Below the pieces are notes generated by a model. It was not told where the DNA came from, made no database searches, and was given only the letters and a program-made list of their open reading frames with translations. A DNA stretch of 64,000 nt from Tricharina praecox (lineage: Eukaryota). The stretch's first letter is position 1. Each line of letters opens with the position of its first letter. Positions 34,742 through 47,180 of the stretch are shown here, piece after piece. Location of the stretch: contig NW_026250409.1 of the NCBI RefSeq assembly GCF_024521635.1, positions 1,240,001 through 1,304,000 of the forward strand. Reading direction: 5' to 3'. Made by a program: the position numbers and the translations under genes.

Positions 34742-37700
34742 GGCTGGTGATAGACGGATTGGGTAGGCTGACTGGGCCGCGAGTTGTTGTACTAGCTATC
34801 GAAGGAGGCGGCGAATTATTTCTTGCTGGATAGGAAGCCTTCTTGTTCTTCTTCTTTTTGCGAGTGTCTCGTAATGGTGATACACGATGATTATTTATGT
34901 GGAGGGGGTTTCGAATGCGATTCTCTCCTTATCCGGGGGGAACGAAGGGGAAACCCGCTTTATAACCAGCCATCGCATCGCATAGGTACCATAATATCAC
35001 GGAGGAGGAGGAGGAGGACGCATAGGAGGTAGGCCTGTCTTCGAGCGTGCGAATAGGTACCAGCGCTTGCTGCCGCAGTTTCGTTCCAGCGCGTGCACAC
35101 CCACACCCACCCACACCCACCCACACACGGTATCTCCAGACTCCAACACCGATAACTCGCCAAGCAGTGGGCGCCGGCCAATGGGAGCGCTGTTGTGGGA
35201 GAACTTCGACTTCGCCCCATGATCGCATGCAGCCGTCCAGCCATCCAGCTATCCATCCAGCCCCAGCAGCAGGCAGCAAAGCACCAAGCACCAAGCCGCA
35301 TGTCGGCCGTGCAACTCGGCGTTTACAGGAGTCCCTAAGAAAGTAGGTGCTCTATGTAGCTACCAGTACCGGTACCTGGCAAACAGCGATTCCACCCACG
35401 CGGTTCGTCCTGCCTCGTAGTTTATTAGACCCTTGATAACTAACGGCCTGTCATTGCTACATACATACCTTCCCTGCACAAGTACTAGATCTCCGAGTAC
35501 TGAGCAACTGCCCCCATGGCGCTCGCGTTCTGAGTGTGTGTTTTGAAGATCAATTGGACGAGTGCGCTCCAGGCTCTAGCGGCCAGCCATCATCACAAGG
35601 CTCTGGCTGGATCCACCGCATTCGAAACGACGGCGTTTCTTCTTCCGTCGGTGAAAGGCGAGCGATAGAGCTTCAGCAAAAAGGTATTGGTACGTACGTA
35701 TCGATCCGCCAAAAGTACCATCGGTACGTCACTGTACTTTGCCGGCGTTCTCGCGGACCAGCCAACTGGTCCAGAACGTCCGAATCGTCTGGGTGCTGCG
35801 AGCCCAGACGGTCGACCTAGATGTAGAGTAGGTAGGATACCTGAGGTATCGTAGACTTCCAGACATCGTTGCAAGCCTCCAGAGTCCAGATAGTCCGAAG
35901 CGAAAAAGAAAAAAGAAAAAGCCGAAAAGAAAAGAAGAAGGAAAAAACACGCATCATCGCAGCTGTCGTGAATCCCCCCTCCCCCCTCCCCCCTCCCCCC
36001 TCCCCCGCGAATCGATGCCCCTCATTCACATTCTCGTCCGCCTCAAACCACCACTACCCACTGCCCAGAGTACCAATGCGCGCATCCGTCTGCGCACTTA
36101 CCAATGGGATGGGCATGCGGACGTCGAGTCGTCGACAAAGTGGCAGCAGCAGCTCTTCTCCACGGGTGGCTGCTGCTTCGTGAGCTGCGAGCTGCGATTT
36201 CATTCGCTACTGCACTCTACATTAGTTCGTGCATGCAAGATGGATGGATGACCGCTGGCGCAGGCTGTAGGCTGTGGGATCTCCGTCCCTCGTCGCATTG
36301 GGGTCAGCCATCTAGCTCGAGCTCCAGGTCGTCCCCCCCACCCGAGAACGAAACTTTTCCGACGGTGAGGTTTAATATCGTCAGCCTGATTGCCAGCGAA
36401 GCTTGAAAATCTGCTCTGCCCCGCCCTGTTTCGGGTCGGGCTGTTTTTCTGCGCAGAGCCTGGGAGGGATTGGGTTGGACCGTTGGTTCCTGCGAAATCG
36501 GTAGGAGCCAGCAGCAATCATTTGCTGTCCCGGGTCGTGTCACCAGCGCGCATCGCAATCGTGGCGGGCGAGGAGGGGCGCTGGGCGGGCGGGATTTCGC
36601 TGCGAGTCTGCGAGTCTGCGATCGTATGTATGAACCCGAGGAGCGAGGGAAAGATGTGCACTGGGTGGGTGGGTGGCTTACCCATCGACTGGTCGACTGG
36701 CCGAGTGAAGGGTGGGTGGTGGCGGTGTCGATAGCAGGGCGCCGGCCGAGGAGAATATGTAGCTGCTGGAGCTGGTATCAGCGTTGAGCTAACCAAGCTG
36801 TTACACACCTATTCGTCTACGTATTCGCACAAGGCGCGAGCATACGAATACCCACTCTATACGGTAGATAGTAGCAGAACCCCTCCAACGATAAGGCTTG
36901 AGCTGAGCAGGCTGCAGAACTCGCCTCAAGTCGTGAGCGCGGTACCACCGGTAGTAGAGTTCCGAACTTCTGATAGCCTCGTTCGTTTCTGCGCGTGCCA
37001 ATGTCCCGCCCCCTCCCCAGCCTTCTTCTCGGCATTGAGACACGAGCCACGGGTAACGAGCCTGTTGATGGTCGTCGACGACGGGAATCGGAAGACGATT
37101 GTGTTGAAACTGCGATTGGCAGTAGGGAGATAGTGAGAGACCCACGACCGGGTACGAGGGACATAGAACGTGATTCAATTGAAGAGAAAAGAAAAGAGGT
37201 CTTTACCGTCTATGAACTTTTGGGGATAGCTGTGGTATTGAACAACAGAGGCGACAACCATAACAGAAACGCAGCAAGCAGCAACAGAAACATTTCAACG
37301 TTCAACGTTCAACGACCGCATCGGGTTTTCCCTACATAACGCTTGGTCCAACCCACGTTTCTACAACGTTGTCTTTTTCCGCCGCTCTCCGACGACGCCA
37401 AGCTGCCTCTGCTCCCGCTTCCCAAAGTAGGTTTGTCGTGAGGCAGTCACTCGATACAGTCTACCTCAAGTTCCAACATCCATCACTGGGCCCAACATAG
37501 CTTTCCTCGCCCTCCACCCGGCCCTTCCAAGTTCCCGAAGATAACTGGATAGTAGCGATAGCACGCCCATCCACACACATCATCATTTCCACTGCGGCGC
37601 GCGAGTGTCAAGTGATACCCGATGAACCCCTTACGCCGCAGGCCTGCTGCCATGCGGTCGAGCAGCCAGGTTTCATAGGTACCTACCTTGATTTCACACA

Positions 37701-38608
37701 TAGATCACCGTCGGTGTCAGATCCATCTGTTTATGGAAGACGGAGCGCACGGGCGCCGTACCTACACGTAAGGACTCTATTTCTGGCACATCCAGCGTCT
37801 AATAGCGTCTAATATTGGTCTGCCGATCGCTAGTGATCCAGCCTACGGGGCGATTGCAATTTGCACGGAAGCGCTGGCGCCAGCGTAGACTAGACTAGGT
37901 GCCGAGGGAACTGGGGACTCGGGTGTGGCGTCTTGACTGCGGCCTTGGCGGTGCTGGTACTGCGGTAATATGTAAGTACGGAAGGACTCAAAGCAAGGGT
38001 TGTTCGTGGCTGGATAGCGGTACCCCAAGCATGCTAAAAACATCGGGGCTACGGATGGAGAGCTCGACTCGAGTTCTACATAGCCGTAGCTTAGTGTACC
38101 GACTCTACTGGTAGAGGCCCGTGACTCGTGAATTCTTCCAGGCCATGGAACGTAGGTACTATAGTAGCGGACGATTAGATGCTAGCAGACATGCCTCTTC
38201 ATGTTGAAAACGATACGTGAGTATGTACATTCCATAGGTATTGTCGCAGAATATGAGTCTTCGAGGCCAGCTGGATATCGTACTCTGCACAAGTCTCTCG
38301 GCAAATGATTGATCGCTCTCCGTTTAGGAATCCTGATGTATGTATGCATTTACTTACATACAACACCGACGTTCATAAAGATACATACAGAGGACAATCC
38401 GCCAGCAGGCCGCTCTTCTCCCGCGTCGGCGCCGAACCGACTCTCCAGTGTCCACAGCACGGCAGAAGGCCAACCAAAGCGCAGAACAGAACTCATCGCC
38501 AAACAGCGTGCAAATCGTACACAGAACCCCATACACCGTAACCCATGAAAGCCAAAAAATAAAATACATGTCCCATGCGTACCTTCCCCGCACCTCACCG
38601 CACCCCGC

Positions 38609-39007
38609 TCAACGTTTCCTCCTCCTCTCCTGCGCCAGCCCGCCCCTCCTCCTGCCCCGCCCATTCACACTGCCTCCCTTAACCGTATGTTTCCCATCCG
38701 CCTTCGCGCCCATCTTCGCCATGGCAATCGCCCTAGCCACGGCACCCTCCGCCGCCGCGGCCGCATAAGCGGGCGTAGGCGCAGGCCGGGTCTGCCGCGG
38801 CGCGATTCCGCGCAGCCGGTCTGCTACTGCCGGCGCGCCCGCAAATCCAACCGCCCCGCCCGCCCCGCTCCGTCGCTTACTCCGTGACCGTGAGTAGTCC
38901 GATGTGGATGTGGATGAGGACCCGCTCGGGAGGGGGTTCACGAGTCGCCAGGCGATCAGCGTGAATAAAGAGATCGGGAGGAGCGCGGGGAGCGTTATCG
39001 CTGGCAT
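38609..39007 (-). CDS. Small hypothetical protein with hydrophobic N-terminus and basic C-terminus (132 aa)
   Basis: The ATG follows an ACA/CAC-rich leader; GC-rich ORF beginning MPAITLPALLPISLFTLIAWRL. Confidence 0.45.
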   Translation of the reverse strand: MPAITLPALLPISLFTLIAWRLVNPLPSGSSSTSTSDYSRSRSKRRSGAGGAVGFAGAPAVADRLRGIAPRQTRPAPTPAYAAAAAEGAVARAIAMAKMGAKADGKHTVKGGSVNGRGRRRGGLAQERRRKR

Positions 39008-41979
39008 CGTGGGCGGGGCGGGGTGTGTGGGGTGTGTGTGTGTTTGCTTGTCTGTTGTCTGTGGCCTGTTGTCCGTTGTCCGTTGTCTGTTCCGGCCGTG
39101 GAGAGTTGGTTCGTGGGCCGTGAGTCGTGACGGGTGGGAAAAGGAACTAGGTATCTGGTACGTATCTATATCGAATGCAGCTCGAGAGTCGAGATGGAAA
39201 GAATGCTCGATATATATACCAGCCCCGCGAAGTCAACCTTGAACCGCCTACCTCATACCCAGCCAGACTGCTCTAACCACATGTGACAGGGAGAGGATGC
39301 CTTGTCGGTGAGGGGGCGGGGGACGGCTCGCTTTTTTTGTGCCCCTGCAGCCAATGTGAACCGCGGTGGGCTGTTTGGGGGTAATCAGACGACGCTGTAG
39401 CCTGTAGGCATTTGGCTCAGCTGCTGCCTGGTGCATAGAGTGCCGTAGAAGTGTCTACTCTAGATACTAGTAGAGCCGCAACTACATATGCACATACTAT
39501 TAACTCATTCATCAAGTAACTAATCGGATACGACACCTGGAACTCGTCCTCTCGAACAGGTCTTGCCATGCGAATGCTTTTGAAGTTTTCTGGTAGTAAG
39601 TACGCATCAATAACAAATCATCAATGATCTCCAGATCCAAAATTACTCGTGGAATCAGCACCAGCCTGTTTCCATTACGGTTCTCCGAGTCTTTTTTTGG
39701 GCGCTCCGAGCCTTCGAGCCTCTGACAGTCTGACTGATTGTCTAGTGTGCCTACTACTAACAGCTAGTAATGGTATGTAGATAGACAAACCATCCGAATG
39801 GCAGGGGACTTTTCTTTTAGCCAGACCGACGGTGAGTAAGTCGGGTACTAGTACACTGCCGGTACATCGCTATGTAGGCATCTTGATGTTATTTACTACA
39901 AGGTAGGTAGTATGAGTACATCCTGAAGCCATGTATCATTCCTCGAGTCCTCGAGTCCTCGACTGAACCTGCGGTTACTGGCGCCCTGGCGACGGCCGGC
40001 GCATGTGTATACAATAGCAGCGTTAGGTGACGGACGCGCCAGCTAATGTAGTCAGTAGTAGCACAGCGGCAAGATGAACGACTGCTCATCCGCCTGCTGA
40101 ACAGCGGCCGAAAACGAAGCTGTAGTACTAGTACTAGTCGTGTGGATGTTTCGTTTCGCTTTTCTGCACACCAGCCCTGCATAAAGGAGGAACTACCGCC
40201 ACTCTACTGCATGTAAATACTAGTACTAGTAACTACGGTACATAGTGTCGGTTCTCGATAGCGCTTCGCTATCTCATACATACCGGTACATACCCCGCTC
40301 ACGAGTCACGACCGTCAACTCGGATTTCATGCCACGTGCACTCGGATTGTTATGATTCTCGTTGAAATAGAAGCCACTGTCGTCACTTTTCCAGCATATT
40401 GCAGATATTGCGCATTTGTTATATTGGTAATATTTGCACGCCTCGAGGAATCCTGTTTATTCTCATACTTGCTTGCTTCTGGTTCTATCCGGTGGGTAGG
40501 TATGTCTAGCTTGTCATCCGCTGTGTTTTGCGGATTAATGATTAATCAAGCAACTGGAAGTCTGGAACATCACACTCATATTCTCAACACGGATTCCTCA
40601 CTTATACTCTATGATATGTACCCACGTTACCGGTATGCCGTCTCTGTGTGTCCAGAGTTGGAGTGCGACGGGTTGAACGTTCCTCTTTTCGGGTTTGTTT
40701 GATGATCGTTGAATTCGGCCTCGGTATGTACCTACCTAAGTAAGTAGATCATGGCAGTTGGATAACTTGGATTACCGGTCGAAAGTTCCCGGAATAGGCG
40801 TGCGGGTTACGGTGGATGGGAGGATCAAAGTAGTTGGGGGGAACGCTGTATATATAGTGGATAGGCGAATTGACCTTCTGTCGACTCTCGAGGCCGCACG
40901 ATGCTCCATTTCCCTAAGGGCTAATGGAGTCGGCATCGCTCGTTTCGGGCTTCCTCTTTGGTCCTATTCATGAAGTATATGCCGTGGTGTCTGTGGAACG
41001 TTTATGACACGGTATGTACCATGTACAACATATCCATCAATGATGGTTACCTCAGGGCGACAGCGGCAGCCCGTCTCTCATGGATACGGCCTACCGCGCC
41101 TATTGTGTCAGCCCTTGGGTCCGTCACTCTTCCGGGAGCCATTGTACGCGGGGTGCAGGGTGCAGGGTGCCGCGTGCGGGGTGTGGCTTACATCTCGTAT
41201 TAACCACACGGCAAGATAGACTCAAATTCATGATCCATCGGATCACTGGATTTTAAGTTCCTGGTTCCTGTTGTAATATCGAGTCATTCGCTCCTTAGGC
41301 GTCCGTTCCTTAGTCGTTCCTTAGTCGTTCATTGCGTAGTCGGTTACTCGGTCATGACGACGGCGGGAAGCGCTGGCCACATACTATCCCTCTTTTATGT
41401 CTTCTCTCGAGACTTTCAGACTCTCTTAATACAATATTTATTCATACTTTTCAACAGTTCCCCGTGTTTTGGAGAGCGGAGATATCCGTATCATACGATG
41501 CAACTATCGACTCCGCTGCTATGTACCTACCTATCGATATCACTCGCCGGCAAACCCCCGACTTTCGGCATCTGCTTTGCCGTCCCCGCACTGCCCATTC
41601 CAAATACCATTCCACATAGCAATCCGATCGCTCGTATTCCCCACCCCCGTAGGATCCATTAGCGATGTAAGATGCTTACCATAATATGCGCCATGCCGTC
41701 ACGGTGCCAGCACTGTGGCCGTACGTATTACTGTATTATCCCGGCCCGCTCCCATGGGAGTATCCCCGCCGCTGCAAGGCGTGGGCGCGTTGTAGGCTGT
41801 TGGGGTTGTACGAGTTGTACAAGTACATACCGGCAGATATGGTACCTGGGACGGGATTTGGAATGAATATCCCCGATTCCTCCGCGGAGGTCCGGGGGAT
41901 GCACAGAGTAATACGGAGTATATATCTCCCCACCTGCCAATGACCGAATGTATTCCTCGATCACAGCTACCTATTCAAC

Positions 41980-43338
41980 ATGACAATCACCTTCACCCTC
42001 ACGCCCGAGCAGCAGCAGCTCCAGCAGTTCGCCCGCAGCTTTGCGGACGTCCACTTGCGCACTGCACACGCCGTGTACACGGCGCCGCACATCACCACCA
42101 CGCAGGCGGCATTCAACAGTATCCGCCCCGTCGTTAGCACCGCTGTCGCCGCCGGGCTGGTGTCCGCGCAGATCCCTAGTGCCCTGGGCGGCACCGCTGG
42201 CGACTCGCCACTGCTTGACGCGGCAATCCTGGTCGAGGAGTTCTTCGTCCATGATTCCTCCGTGCCCATCGCGATCCTGAGCGCGAGTCTGGGGTTGGCG
42301 CCCGTGATCATGGCCGGGACCAAGGAGCAGCGGAAGGAGCTGTTAGCACCGTTCCTGACGAAGAGTGGGGAGCCATTGGCGTGCTTGGGGTTCTCGGAGA
42401 AGGGGGGCTGTGAGTATTATACACATCCGCGGGGGGAGGGAATCAGTGTGGGCTAACAGCGAGGATCAGCGGCGAATTATATCCTCAACCCTGCCCTGAC
42501 GACCGCCATCGTCTCACCCGACGGCAAGGAGTTCGTTATCAACGGCGGCAAGCTCTGGGCCTCCAATCTCGGCGGCTGGGACTACCGCGGCGCGGACGTG
42601 ATCTCGCTCGTCTGCCGCGTTCTCCCCCGCGTGAATGCGCCCATCGCCACAGGGCCGCAGAACATCGCCATCATCGCCATCACCCGCGGCGACATCGCCG
42701 CAAACGAGGAGTCCGCGTTCACGGCGGTGGATCAAGAGGACACGCTGGGCTTCAACGCCGTCTCCGGGCCCGCGGTGACGTTCATGAATCTTCGGGTTCC
42801 CCGCGAGAGATTGATCGGTAGCGTAGGCCAGGGTCCGGAGCTGGTGAGCAAGGCCTTTACCGGCAGCGCGGCGATGGTCGGCGCAATGGCGTGCGGGATC
42901 ATGCGCGCCGCGTTCGAGGACGCGCTGGCTTTCGCGAAGCGGGAGGCGTGTGGTGGGACGCATCCGGTGATTCACCACCAGTCCGTGGCGGATCGATTGA
43001 TCGAGATGAAGATGAGGCTGGAGACGGCGAGGTTGCTCACGTGGAAGGCGGCGAGTGCGTTTGATGCTTCGCAAGGGCAGGATGTCGAGGGGTGCTGGAT
43101 GGCGAAGGTTTATGCGAGTGAGGCGGCAACGGAGGTGGTGCAGTTGGGGATGGCGGTGTTGGGCATGGAGAGCTACAGCCTCAGACAGAGGTTTCCAAGG
43201 CTGTTGAGGGATGCGGCGTGTCTGCCAATCTTCGATGGAGGGAATGTCGGGGTGAGGAGGAGGGAGTTGCAAAATTTGTTTGAGGGCGAGGCGTATGATC
43301 CGCTGGCTTTTGCGTATGGAGGCCAGTCCGAGGCCTAA
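41980..43338 (+). CDS. Nitroalkane oxidase (acyl-CoA dehydrogenase superfamily flavoprotein); exons 41980-42409, 42470-43338
   Basis: Collinear with Fusarium nitroalkane oxidase as recalled: KLWASNLGGWDYRGAD, SAAMVGAMACG, HQSVADRLIEMKMRLETARLL, FPRLL..LPIFDGGNVGVRRR. Asp sits at the catalytic position. Intron 42410-42469 reads GTGAGT..GCTAAC..CAG. Confidence 0.88.
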
Positions 43339-43472
43339 ATATGTCTGCATTTCACGTATGATAGCTGCCTGCATGTCATGTATGATATCTGTAAGAAGAA
43401 TCATTGAATCATCATGTACATACGCTACATAAATAAATAGTACAAAGCATCGCAGTCTGCAGGTTCGCAACA

Positions 43473-45065
43473 TCAAATCTTCGCCATAGTGACCGCCGCC
43501 TTGGCCCCTCCAGGCACATCCTTTACCTTGCCGCCTCCTCCATCCGCCAACTCATTGCATCTCCGCGTAGCGGCTGCCAGCATCTCCTTAACCTGCTCAA
43601 ACTCGAACCCCCCAACCTTCAGCTCACTCTCCGGAACCTCTGTGACATCCAACGTCTTCGGATGTATCCTCTCCCTCTTCCAGTACCCGTCGCCTGCGTC
43701 TTGAGCCCCAGTAGCATGTCTAACAAACTTCCCCATGCTCGCCCATGACATATCGGCAACCTTCAAATGACCTAGCATTGCCTGGAAAACATGCGGCATA
43801 GCCGTATAGATCTCGAGCCTCAGCTTGATCCCGGCGGTGTGCAGTCGATGCGCCAAATACAGATTCTGATCCCTCAGACACTCATCGCCAACGCTCATCC
43901 ACACGGGCACCATTTCCCCCCTTCCACCAACCCAGCTCTCCGCCAGCAGCGGCGACACAAGCGGGTGGGTCATGAGCCTATCCGGCGCATAGAACTGGGT
44001 TCCTCCGCGCTGCTTCCGGATCTCGGCATTCCACGCGGGACTGTCGGCGTAAACTATGGTCGCGGTCTGCTGCGGTAGCGGGAGGTAGTCGTACACCTCA
44101 CAGGAGTTCTCGCTACCTGCAGTGTACCCCGACATCTCGCCGAAGCTGCGTGGGACGTCGCACCATGCCGATATCAGTGCTACGCCGCCGGGGAGCGGGA
44201 CCGCAACGTCCTGGCCGTACCAGTGGACCTTCCCCGTGCCCGTGCGTGAAAAGTGGATCAATAGCTGCAGTAGTGCCAGGGATAACCCACCGCCCGCCGA
44301 ATCGCCCGAAAACACAATCTTCTCCGCCGCAATCGGTGCATGCATCGCTCCGGGCGGGGGATATAGCAGATACAGATACGAAATCAGGGCATCGAGAAGA
44401 GGTCCAGGGAACGGACTCTGTGGCGAGAGCCTGTACCTCACCACGAACGCTCGTGTCTTCGCTTGGCGACTCAGCTTCACCGCCGACGGCCGGTGCGTAT
44501 GCGGATCGCATAGGTAGTATGCACCGCCGTGGAGGTAGAGTATAGCACTGTCCTTCTCTTGCGTGTCCGCTGCCAACGCAGCATACGTTTCCTCTGGAGA
44601 TCTGGCAGCTTCGTCGGCAGGTCGAGGAGTAGACCGAGACGATATCCACTCCCCAGACAACCCCTCCGCACTGACTTTCAGGATCGCCTCTTCATCCCCC
44701 GCTGCCCCAAGCGCGATAATGGCAGCACGTATCACGTCCTCCCCGTTGAAGCCCTCGCCGGGCGAGTAGGACACCTCGGCACACCATGTGTCATCCTCGA
44801 CCTTGGTCGGCTTGAGGGTATCCGCCTGCGCTTTTTCGACGGTGGGCGGAGCGCGTCCAGGTGCGAACGGCTGTGCGATGGCGGACTTGATGAATGCAAC
44901 GGTGAGGGTGGTCTTGAGGTCCCAGTACTGGGCTTGCGGCGAGAACGAGAGGAGGTGCGAGCCCGTCTTTAGGACCAGGTTGGGGAGGTGCGGGAGGAGT
45001 AGCTTGATCACCGCCAGAGGGTTGACCTTGGGGATGCCGGTGAGGGGGGTTTCGCTTTCGGACAT
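43473..45065 (-). CDS. Alpha/beta hydrolase fold-3 (hormone-sensitive lipase family) esterase/lipase
   Basis: HGGAY oxyanion motif, YRLSPQSPFP, GDSAGG nucleophile and MPHVF His motif; C-terminus AKI. Confidence 0.9.
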   Translation of the reverse strand: MSESETPLTGIPKVNPLAVIKLLLPHLPNLVLKTGSHLLSFSPQAQYWDLKTTLTVAFIKSAIAQPFAPGRAPPTVEKAQADTLKPTKVEDDTWCAEVSYSPGEGFNGEDVIRAAIIALGAAGDEEAILKVSAEGLSGEWISSRSTPRPADEAARSPEETYAALAADTQEKDSAILYLHGGAYYLCDPHTHRPSAVKLSRQAKTRAFVVRYRLSPQSPFPGPLLDALISYLYLLYPPPGAMHAPIAAEKIVFSGDSAGGGLSLALLQLLIHFSRTGTGKVHWYGQDVAVPLPGGVALISAWCDVPRSFGEMSGYTAGSENSCEVYDYLPLPQQTATIVYADSPAWNAEIRKQRGGTQFYAPDRLMTHPLVSPLLAESWVGGRGEMVPVWMSVGDECLRDQNLYLAHRLHTAGIKLRLEIYTAMPHVFQAMLGHLKVADMSWASMGKFVRHATGAQDAGDGYWKRERIHPKTLDVTEVPESELKVGGFEFEQVKEMLAAATRRCNELADGGGGKVKDVPGGAKAAVTMAKI

Positions 45066-45838
45066 TTCGGCAGTGCTAAATCGAAGTATGTAGCAGAAGC
45101 AAAGGGACAGGAGGGAAAGGTTAAACTTATCAGACTCTTATGGGGGCGGCATTTCAATGGCCTGGCCATTGTCGCTTCCACAATTGCCATGATAGATGCC
45201 GAGGCTACTATGATGTGCTCTAACTATGGGTCTGCGTGGTCGTCCCAACCCCTGAAAGGAAGCTTTAATAGTGCGGATTTGGGATCCGTACATGCCGAAC
45301 CCCAACCCAGCAGCTAAGACCACATACTCTGTGGCGACTCGCTCAACTTATCCATTGTTGTCGGTGCAGGAAATGGTGATGAATATGGCGGTAAAAAGAT
45401 ATGTTGATGTGTTTAGAGAGAAGGCTGAGAGCTGACAGAGTGTAGGAAATAAGGTTAAAACCCGTGCCTTCCACCGTGGCTAAGTAGCGAGTGATATATT
45501 GCAACAGTGAGGCCGCCCGTTCAGCTGTCATTGGAAAATCGGCCAGGTTAGCTATATCTTCGATGTTGCTGGATACGGTACATCTGTGATCCGTGAGGCG
45601 GTATTGCGGGTAGCCTGAGAGATTATTAGGAACGAGTTGAAGTTTGAAAGAGTGCACAGATAGGAAAGAGTTGAAACTTGAAAGAGTGCACAAATGAGAA
45701 AGGATGGGATTCATTGCGGGGCCTAAGTATTCAACTACAAAAAAATATCCAGCCAAGAATGTCAAGAAACACAGAGGCGACATCTGGTATGAATGCTGAT
45801 AGGTACTCCCGCATCACTCCCACCCCTGCTTCTCCAGT

Positions 45839-46723
45839 TCAAAACGGAAAATCCCACATAATGTACTCCGCCCAAGTACGCTTCACGGCTTTCCAGTACC
45901 TCTCCTCATCACCCTTGGCATGGTTCACATGCTTGGTTCCTTCAAACCGCTCCATCCTCACGGCCTTGCCGACACGCCTGGCCATCTTCGCATGAGCCTC
46001 CACATCCTCGGCCGAAACGACCCCATCATCAGTTCCGTAGAGGTAGGTCAAGGTCGTGCGAGCCGGCGTCACTGAGCAGTCCACCAACGACTTGTAGTCC
46101 ACCTCGAACACCTCGTCCGTATTCGGAATTCCCAGCAGGTGCAGCATGATCGCAGCCACAAACACAAATCGGATATAGATCCAGGTCAACGCGAGGAGGC
46201 GGTAGTACCATGGCAGGCCGCGGACGGCAAATGCGAAGCTGCGGGCAACGGAGGGGATGTCCGAGGGGACTGGACACGAGTCGAGGATCAGGCCGCGGAT
46301 CGGTAGGAACTTGCCGTTGAGCATCGCGAGCTTCTTGAGTTGGTGAGCGCCGCCGAAGGAGAATATGTGCGCGAGGCATTTGTACTCATCCACGAAGGCG
46401 GTAATGACGGATAGTGCCGAGCGGAGCGGCGAGAGGTTGCTGGAGACGTAATCGCGGGTGGAACAGGTTACCAACAGCAGTCGGCTCGCGGGGTAAAGGT
46501 TGACGTATTTGTCGGTGTATTTGGAGATGTGGCGCGGGGAGGCATTGAGCCAGGTGCAGAGAATGATGAGTGATGGGTCGTTGTAGCGGCCCCTTGGAGC
46601 GTAGACGGGAGGCCGGTAGTATTCAACACAGCTCGAGAGACGTCTGAAGGCGGCTATGGTATTGGTGGGTGCCCACGAGGTGGGTGCGTTCACAATGGTT
46701 TGACTGATGATGGTGGTTACCAT
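45839..46723 (-). CDS. DUF829 / TMEM53-like alpha/beta-hydrolase-fold protein
   Basis: IILCTWLNASPRHISKYT, HIFSFGG, LILDSCP, YLYGTDDGVV..DVEAHA, FEGTKHVNH..ERYW. Confidence 0.85.
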   Translation of the reverse strand: MVTTIISQTIVNAPTSWAPTNTIAAFRRLSSCVEYYRPPVYAPRGRYNDPSLIILCTWLNASPRHISKYTDKYVNLYPASRLLLVTCSTRDYVSSNLSPLRSALSVITAFVDEYKCLAHIFSFGGAHQLKKLAMLNGKFLPIRGLILDSCPVPSDIPSVARSFAFAVRGLPWYYRLLALTWIYIRFVFVAAIMLHLLGIPNTDEVFEVDYKSLVDCSVTPARTTLTYLYGTDDGVVSAEDVEAHAKMARRVGKAVRMERFEGTKHVNHAKGDEERYWKAVKRTWAEYIMWDFPF

Positions 46724-47090
46724 TGCGGTGGTGGTGTGTAGGAACTTGCTGGGAGGAGGGTCGTGGTTTTAAGGTAGTTGTGTAGATTGGTTATCAAAGT
46801 ATTCAAACTAGCGTACGTGAATTGGGGTATCACTGTCGGTAGCTAGGCTTACGTGCTTGCCTTACCTTGTCTCTCTGTAAGATTTTGTTCAAACTCTAGG
46901 GCCAGACACCTAGAAGAGATGGGTTGAGGAATTTCAAATTGACAAACAAGAGCTCGGTGGTTCAGCAATAATATGCAGCCGAAGAACAGCCACATCATGT
47001 GATTTGCATTTATAAAATCTTGTCACTCGTCAAGAGGGTTAGGTATTGAAATTTGAAACCCATCAATTCACTTGGATCCGTGATCTCTAA

Positions 47091-47180
47091 CATGCTCATA
47101 TCCACCCAGAAGAATCTGAAATCCCATCCTCCTAGCATGCTCATCTCTAACCAGAAGAATCTGAAACCCCATCTTCCTAG
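47091..47180. repeat. 45-nt tandem duplication at the 3' end of the orphan gene
   Basis: CATGCTCAT..CCAGAAGAATCTGAAA.CCCATC.TCCTAG occurs twice in tandem. Confidence 0.8.

Noticed and set aside
41980..43338. Ordinary acyl-CoA dehydrogenase
   Set aside because: Asp in FDGGN rather than the Glu of the YEGT-type motif, plus NAO-specific GGWDYxGAD.
42514..43476. 320-aa antisense ORF (and similar shadow ORFs over HTD2, ALR1 and MAU2)
   Set aside because: Antisense shadows of GC3-rich coding regions with no independent motifs.
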